In this document: in pieces, positions 36,157-40,467 of the stretch
Layout: each line of letters begins with the position of its first letter
Numbering within the stretch: the stretch's first letter is position 1
Source of the DNA: a virus
Lineage: Duplodnaviria; Caudoviricetes
Virus record (IMG/VR): IMGVR_UViG_3300022930_000015
Location: 1 to 40,467 of that record
DNA: 40,467 bases
Reading direction: 5' to 3' (one strand)
Notes under the pieces: model-generated
The model's database searches: none
Told to the model about the DNA's origin: nothing
The model's input: the letters and a program-made list of their open reading frames with translations, nothing else
Position numbers and translations under genes: made by a program

Positions 36157-36170
36157 TAAAATGCTATAAT
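36142..36170 (+). promoter_or_regulatory. Sigma70-type promoter for the Rha operon
   Basis: TTGATA-17 nt-TATAAT with TGn extension. Confidence 0.75.
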
Positions 36171-36221
36171 ATACTGCTAATCAATAAAATACTTAATACG
36201 GTATTTGCGGTTAGTTTTAAG

Positions 36222-36328
36222 ATGTTTTATCTTTGCAATGAACAAGATTGTACAAAAGATAAACCATTTTTTTAATCGAAGCCAGTTCTTAGGTACTTGT
36301 TCTACCTATTTACTGGCTTTTGTTTTTA
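36222..36328 (+). promoter_or_regulatory. Structured leader with complementary loops (kissing-loop attenuator candidate)
   Basis: Hairpin with loop GAACAAG (36240-36246) and terminator-like hairpin with loop CTTGTTC (36296-36302) followed by a T-run. Confidence 0.65.
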
Positions 36329-36339
36329 AAGATTGAATT

Positions 36340-36975
36340 ATGAAAAAGAATGAACTAATTTCTATAGAAAGTTTGAGAATGACGAGTTTAGAAATTGCCG
36401 AGCTTACAAATAAAGAGCATTTTCATGTATTAAGAGATATTGAAAAAATGTGTAGTGATTTAGAAATAGATGTGCAATTATTTGGAGACATCTATTTAGA
36501 TAAATACAAGAGGAAACAAAAGCTTTATGAACTGCCAAAACGTGAAACTTTAATTTTAGTATCAGGTTATAGTATACAATTAAGAGCTAAAATAATTGAT
36601 AAATGGCAATTTCTAGAAAAAGAACTACAAACACGCCAAGCATTAAAATTAGAATATCCATCATACCAAGATGCAATTAAATACGCCATAGAAAATAGCG
36701 ATAGTGCTAATTATAAGAAGTTTGGATTTACCCAAGAAAATAATTTAATTTACGTTATAGCATTAGGAATGAATGCCAAGAAATTTAGAGAAATACACGG
36801 CTTACAAGAAAAGCAATCAATAAGACCATATATTACAACAGAACAGGCGGAAGCAGTCCTTGAACTGCAAGCTATGAATGCTACATTTTTAAAAATAGGC
36901 ATGGAATACGATGACCGCAAATTACAATTAAAAAAGTATTTTGACGCTAAATATAAAGCCAAACAAATGCACTAA
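36340..36975 (+). CDS. Rha-family phage regulatory protein
   Basis: MTSLEIAELT.K.H.HVLRDI, Y.LPKRE.LILVSGYS..LRAKIIDKW..LE motifs. Confidence 0.9.
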   Translation: MKKNELISIESLRMTSLEIAELTNKEHFHVLRDIEKMCSDLEIDVQLFGDIYLDKYKRKQKLYELPKRETLILVSGYSIQLRAKIIDKWQFLEKELQTRQALKLEYPSYQDAIKYAIENSDSANYKKFGFTQENNLIYVIALGMNAKKFREIHGLQEKQSIRPYITTEQAEAVLELQAMNATFLKIGMEYDDRKLQLKKYFDAKYKAKQMH

Positions 36976-36985
36976 GGAAAAGTAA

Positions 36986-37393
36986 ATGTCAAATCTTGAA
37001 AAACTCGATAATCAATACCATTTTAGGGATAAAGCTGAAAAAATCTTATGCTCAATTAAGGAAAATAGGCAAGATGATGTATTTTTAAATGAATTATATC
37101 AATTTATGTCTACTCTCATAGAGTGTGACTCTCTTTATGCTGGCATTATCGTGTTTACAAATCCATTCGTCAAACACTGCAAATACAGCACTAAAACACA
37201 ATATATATTGCAGTTGGGTGATATATTTGTTTCTATTTGGTATTCTATAGCAGACCCTGACCAAAGCCCAGATGTGTGCAATTATATTGATAATTATAAA
37301 ATAATTGATGATTATTCTAATTTATATAAAGAATATAATATTTTATTAAGCAATATACTTGCCAACCTTGACACCCCCCCGTATTTACCCTAA
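36986..37393 (+). CDS. Hypothetical protein
   Basis: AAGGA RBS; 135 aa. Confidence 0.65.
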   Translation: MSNLEKLDNQYHFRDKAEKILCSIKENRQDDVFLNELYQFMSTLIECDSLYAGIIVFTNPFVKHCKYSTKTQYILQLGDIFVSIWYSIADPDQSPDVCNYIDNYKIIDDYSNLYKEYNILLSNILANLDTPPYLP

Positions 37394-37408
37394 AATCAAT
37401 GCACCAGT

Positions 37409-37438
37409 AAGCCATATTGCGGAATGTGGCTTTTATTG
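37409..37438 (+). terminator. Intrinsic terminator
   Basis: AAGCCATATT-gcgg-AATGTGGCTT followed by TTATT. Confidence 0.6.
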
Positions 37439-37511
37439 TTTCCTATGTAGCCCGTAGTCTTTTAATGAAACATTAGCAGGCTTCCGCACGGGCTACACCT
37501 AAAACTATAAT

Positions 37512-37871
37512 ATGGCAAATACGACCAACCAACGGCAAAGTAAAAAAGATAATCAAATTGGCATAGTAACACCAATAAAACAGTATATTGATGATGGCAA
37601 TAAAGAGCTGTTGGAGTTCATGAAAGATTTCAAGTGGAATACCGAGGGCTGGCGTGATGAGCTAGATGCTAAAATAGCTTTATTACTTGGAATGAAAGCG
37701 GATATTGAGAAATTAAAGGAAGATAATATAGCTTTTAATGCTTTTAAGGAAGAAATAACCAGCACCATAAAATACATGAAATGGACGTATAAAATTGCTG
37801 GTTTTGTAGCAGGCTCTATTGTAGGATTGATTGCTTTTTCTGAAAAAATCAAAATACTATTTTTCAAATAA
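37512..37871 (+). CDS. Coiled-coil protein with C-terminal TM helix (holin/XhlA-like candidate)
   Basis: Helical N-terminus, then W.YKIAGFVAGSIVGLIAF. Confidence 0.55.
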   Translation: MANTTNQRQSKKDNQIGIVTPIKQYIDDGNKELLEFMKDFKWNTEGWRDELDAKIALLLGMKADIEKLKEDNIAFNAFKEEITSTIKYMKWTYKIAGFVAGSIVGLIAFSEKIKILFFK

Positions 37872-37884
37872 AGCCTACAAGACA

Positions 37885-37908
37885 TAAAAAAAGCCCACAA
37901 AGTAGGCT
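37885..37908 (-). terminator. Terminator of the leftward operon
   Basis: Minus strand reads AGCCTAC-ttt-GTGGGCT-TTTTT. Confidence 0.65.
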
Positions 37909-37942
37909 ATGATTGCTAGTATAATTAAGGCTTCAATTAGTG

Positions 37943-38263
37943 TCATTTTACCCCTCTAGGAAGAACCGCACCCCACGATTGCGGAACTATCGCATCAAAT
38001 CTATTCTGATGATTTAAGTTCTTGATAAACCTAGTTAATACGCTAATAATATATTCTTTATTGGCACTGATAAGATTATCTAATGCGTACCTCTCGTTTG
38101 TTTCAAGGCTATCAAGCCTTAAATTGCATGTAGTATATTCATCATGCCTTATCTTGATAAAGCTACCTCCTTTGACAAATTGAATTTGTTTTTCTCTATA
38201 AGTAAAACTAATCTCTCGGTTTTCTATTAGATTTATTTGAGATGCGTGGTAAGTTTTAGTCAT
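37943..38263 (-). CDS. Hypothetical protein
   Basis: 106 aa; ATGA overlap and AGGAG RBS. Confidence 0.65.
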   Translation of the reverse strand: MTKTYHASQINLIENREISFTYREKQIQFVKGGSFIKIRHDEYTTCNLRLDSLETNERYALDNLISANKEYIISVLTRFIKNLNHQNRFDAIVPQSWGAVLPRGVK

Positions 38264-38589
38264 TTAAATACTCCTAATTTTAATCTTATTTTCCCCCTGA
38301 AATCACATAAAAATTTATAACCAGCATCATTATTTAAAATATCTATCCGTTCTTGCCAAGATTTTTTATTCCATTCTTTTTTGTAAAAATCTTCAAGAAG
38401 TAAGTTACCTAATAAATAAATTTCTTTACTGATTATTTCTAATGTCATTGATAAATATTCATTAATTAGCATTGGTTTTGGACGCTCGGGGCAGGTTAAA
38501 AATAATGTAACAAGTCTAACCCCTCCAAATTCCGTCTTACCGTCTCTCGCCATCTGAATTACAGTATCTTGATATAAAGTATTCCGCAT
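38260..38589 (-). CDS. Hypothetical protein (probable start MRNTL)
   Basis: GGGG RBS at the end of the upstream gene. Confidence 0.6.
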   Translation of the reverse strand: MRNTLYQDTVIQMARDGKTEFGGVRLVTLFLTCPERPKPMLINEYLSMTLEIISKEIYLLGNLLLEDFYKKEWNKKSWQERIDILNNDAGYKFLCDFRGKIRLKLGVFK

Positions 38590-38590
38590 A

Positions 38591-39196
38591 TCAACCCCAC
38601 ACAATCTCTAGGCAGTCGCCTATTAGTTCCATATTAAACATCATGTTTACAGTGTACCCAGCTTGTTCTAATGGTTTTGATATATCTTTTTCAAACTTAT
38701 ATCTTTCTTTATCTCCTTGCCTCCTTAATGTTAAGCCATTAATGCCTATCTCATTTAATGGTATTCTACACCCTTTCTTACCCCTGCTATATTCATATGC
38801 TACGGTTCGGAAAATCCATACTAAGCGTGTTGCCGTGTCTGTTGGCTTATCTAAAACCTTGAGTTGTTTTAGATCGTCTTTGGTTATTATTAGGTGTTGT
38901 AAGTCATCTTTTGTTTTTTGTACCTCCAACTTTGGTCTGTAATTTTCGTTCATTTCTATATCCTTTAAATTAAAATATAGGTGTATTCTACTTAAATATT
39001 CTTCACATTCTTTTTTTGCCTCATCTAAACCAATTTCTTTATATCTACTTAAATTAGACATCAAAGGCTGATGATACTTGTTATAAAATGTAGTTATTCC
39101 GTTTATTGTATTTATTTCAGCGGTTGCTGATATATCATCACAACTGCAAATATGTATAGTATCTCTATAGCCATTAAGCCATGTAAACTTTGTCAT
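38591..39196 (-). CDS. Hypothetical protein with N-terminal W...LExxK domain (start reassigned to 39196)
   Basis: GAGGAG RBS before MTKFTW; IGLDEAKKECEEYL motif. Confidence 0.65.
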   Translation of the reverse strand: MTKFTWLNGYRDTIHICSCDDISATAEINTINGITTFYNKYHQPLMSNLSRYKEIGLDEAKKECEEYLSRIHLYFNLKDIEMNENYRPKLEVQKTKDDLQHLIITKDDLKQLKVLDKPTDTATRLVWIFRTVAYEYSRGKKGCRIPLNEIGINGLTLRRQGDKERYKFEKDISKPLEQAGYTVNMMFNMELIGDCLEIVWG

Positions 39197-39200
39197 TTCT

Positions 39201-39338
39201 CTACTCCTCACCGTTAAAAACCGTCAAGCCGTGATATATATCTTTTTTGCACTGCTCGCATTCTATTGTTTCGCTGTCTAATATTTCAGAATTTATTAAA
39301 TTAAATGCAAAACAATGAGGACAATTTAGTTCTAGCAT
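39201..39338 (-). CDS. Small zinc-ribbon protein, 45 aa (not in ORF track)
   Basis: MLELNCPHC...IECEQCKK; AGGA RBS; fills the gap in the operon. Confidence 0.65.
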   Translation of the reverse strand: MLELNCPHCFAFNLINSEILDSETIECEQCKKDIYHGLTVFNGEE

Positions 39339-39622
39339 TTTTTTATTCCTAAAAATACTTCTTTAAAAAAATTATAGTGTTCCTCGCAATGCTCTTTGCA
39401 ATAATCTAAATCCTTAAATTTTTCGTTTCTAATATGAAATCCCCAACCAATAAAAATCTTTTCATCTTGGTTATTTTTTACAAGAATTCTATAAAAATCT
39501 TGAGTATTAGTTTCTCTTGCTGAAAGTAAGGCAGTTTTTAACTTATAAATTTCATAAGTTATTTTATCGTTTGGACAAAAACTATAGCTTTCACGTATGT
39601 TATTTGATGTATCAATCCACAT
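39332..39622 (-). CDS. Hypothetical protein (W...LExxK family)
   Basis: FKDLDYCKEHCEEHY motif; TAATG overlap. Confidence 0.65.
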   Translation of the reverse strand: MWIDTSNNIRESYSFCPNDKITYEIYKLKTALLSARETNTQDFYRILVKNNQDEKIFIGWGFHIRNEKFKDLDYCKEHCEEHYNFFKEVFLGIKKC

Positions 39623-39966
39623 TATTTTTTAACTCCTAAAAATCTTTTAATCTTTTGTAACAGGGTTTGCTTTGGTTTAATTTCTATAGCTAAAGAGTTT
39701 TCTAATTTAAACATGCAATAGTCAAAAGCATATTCTAAATTTTTAAATCTTTGGCTTCCATTTTCTCCTTTAAAAATCCAATCATTTAAACTGGTTTCAA
39801 AATGATATTTAACATCACACTGAATACTGAATAATTGCTTATTGCCTTTTTTGATATAAAAACATTTGTCTTGGAGGTTATTTTCGTAACCAAAATTTGG
39901 CTCATTTACAATCAAAGTGCAATTATATGCTTGTATTTTTTTAGCAAAATCTTTTATATAATCCAT
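39622..39966 (-). CDS. Hypothetical protein
   Basis: 114 aa; FKNLEYAFDYC motif; TAATG overlap. Confidence 0.65.
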   Translation of the reverse strand: MDYIKDFAKKIQAYNCTLIVNEPNFGYENNLQDKCFYIKKGNKQLFSIQCDVKYHFETSLNDWIFKGENGSQRFKNLEYAFDYCMFKLENSLAIEIKPKQTLLQKIKRFLGVKK

Positions 39967-40139
39967 TAATCTTTACCTTTGGCTAGACAATATAATTTAG
40001 GCACAGAATGGAATTTTAATTTATCTTGCAAAATTAGATTACTAGCACTTTGACAAGCTTCTAAATTATTAAATTCTTGATTTATTGCAAAATCTCCATG
40101 ATGCCCTCTTAATACTATTATTAATATGAACTTCATCAT
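39966..40139 (-). CDS. Hypothetical protein, 57 aa (not in ORF track)
   Basis: AAGGAG RBS; MMKFILIIVL...QEFNNLEACQSA...YCLAK. Confidence 0.6.
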   Translation of the reverse strand: MMKFILIIVLRGHHGDFAINQEFNNLEACQSASNLILQDKLKFHSVPKLYCLAKGKD

Positions 40140-40145
40140 CACTCC

Positions 40146-40333
40146 TTATTGTGGGCTGGTTTGCATAAAACCATTTATTAATGATAATACTACGTTTGAT
40201 TTTTCATGTTGTAAAAACGTGGTTTTATTTTCAAAAACCCTTTGCCTGCATGAAGTAAAGCTGTATTTATCATCGCATTCAACACGGAAATAGCAAATAT
40301 AATTATCATTATGTCTACTTTCCTTAAGAAAAG
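40146..40333 (-). CDS. 3' part of the origin-spanning hypothetical protein
   Basis: In frame with 409..1 through the terminal repeat. Confidence 0.8.
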
Positions 40334-40467
40334 AAAAGGTAAAATGATAATTAAGAGTTCTTGCTTTTATATCTCCATCAGATAAATCATCGAACAAAAT
40401 TAAATTTTTGTCCTGCTCAAGATTAAATAATATTGATGCATCACTCCTTAATGTTTCTTAATGCTTT
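40334..40467 (+). repeat. Terminal direct repeat / circular overlap, right copy
   Basis: Matches 1-136 with a 2-nt deletion near its end. Confidence 0.97.

Noticed and set aside
32322-38942. Opposite-strand ORFs at 32322, 35425, 36750, 37553 and 38643
   Set aside because: They are shadows of better-supported overlapping genes.
1-40467. Stop-codon reassignment or tRNA genes
   Set aside because: Core genes are intact and tightly packed in the standard code with all three stops used, and I noticed no tRNA cloverleaf with a T-loop consensus. A tRNAscan run would confirm this.

Overview
The window is an apparently complete, circular, AT-rich tailed-phage genome of about 40,333 bp. Positions 40334-40467 repeat 1-136 with one 2-nt indel, and one ORF reads in frame across the join. 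The virion module (13.7-32.3 kb) is podovirus-like: small and large terminase, portal, scaffold, major capsid, decoration protein, adaptor, P22 gp10-like nozzle, GNAT protein, ejection proteins and tail fibre. Scattered lysis and accessory genes follow. The early region has a Sak4-like/SSB/Gp157 recombination module and a divergent promoter switch with a small winged-HTH gene. I could not recognise an integrase, a ParAB system or a CI-type (S24) repressor. Instead there is a plasmid-type replicon: five 22-bp iterons, AT-rich 9-mers, a Rep_3-like initiator and a divergent, N-terminally truncated DnaB-like gene, which makes this a phage-plasmid candidate. Regulation looks unusually RNA-based: a predicted counter-transcribed antisense RNA and leader peptide before rep, a C4-like antisense RNA with upstream and downstream targets controlling a membrane-protein operon, and a kissing-loop leader before a Rha gene. 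The tail fibre carries an apparent Sec signal peptide. All family assignments come from motif recognition by eye, not from database searches, and all RNA structures were folded by hand.
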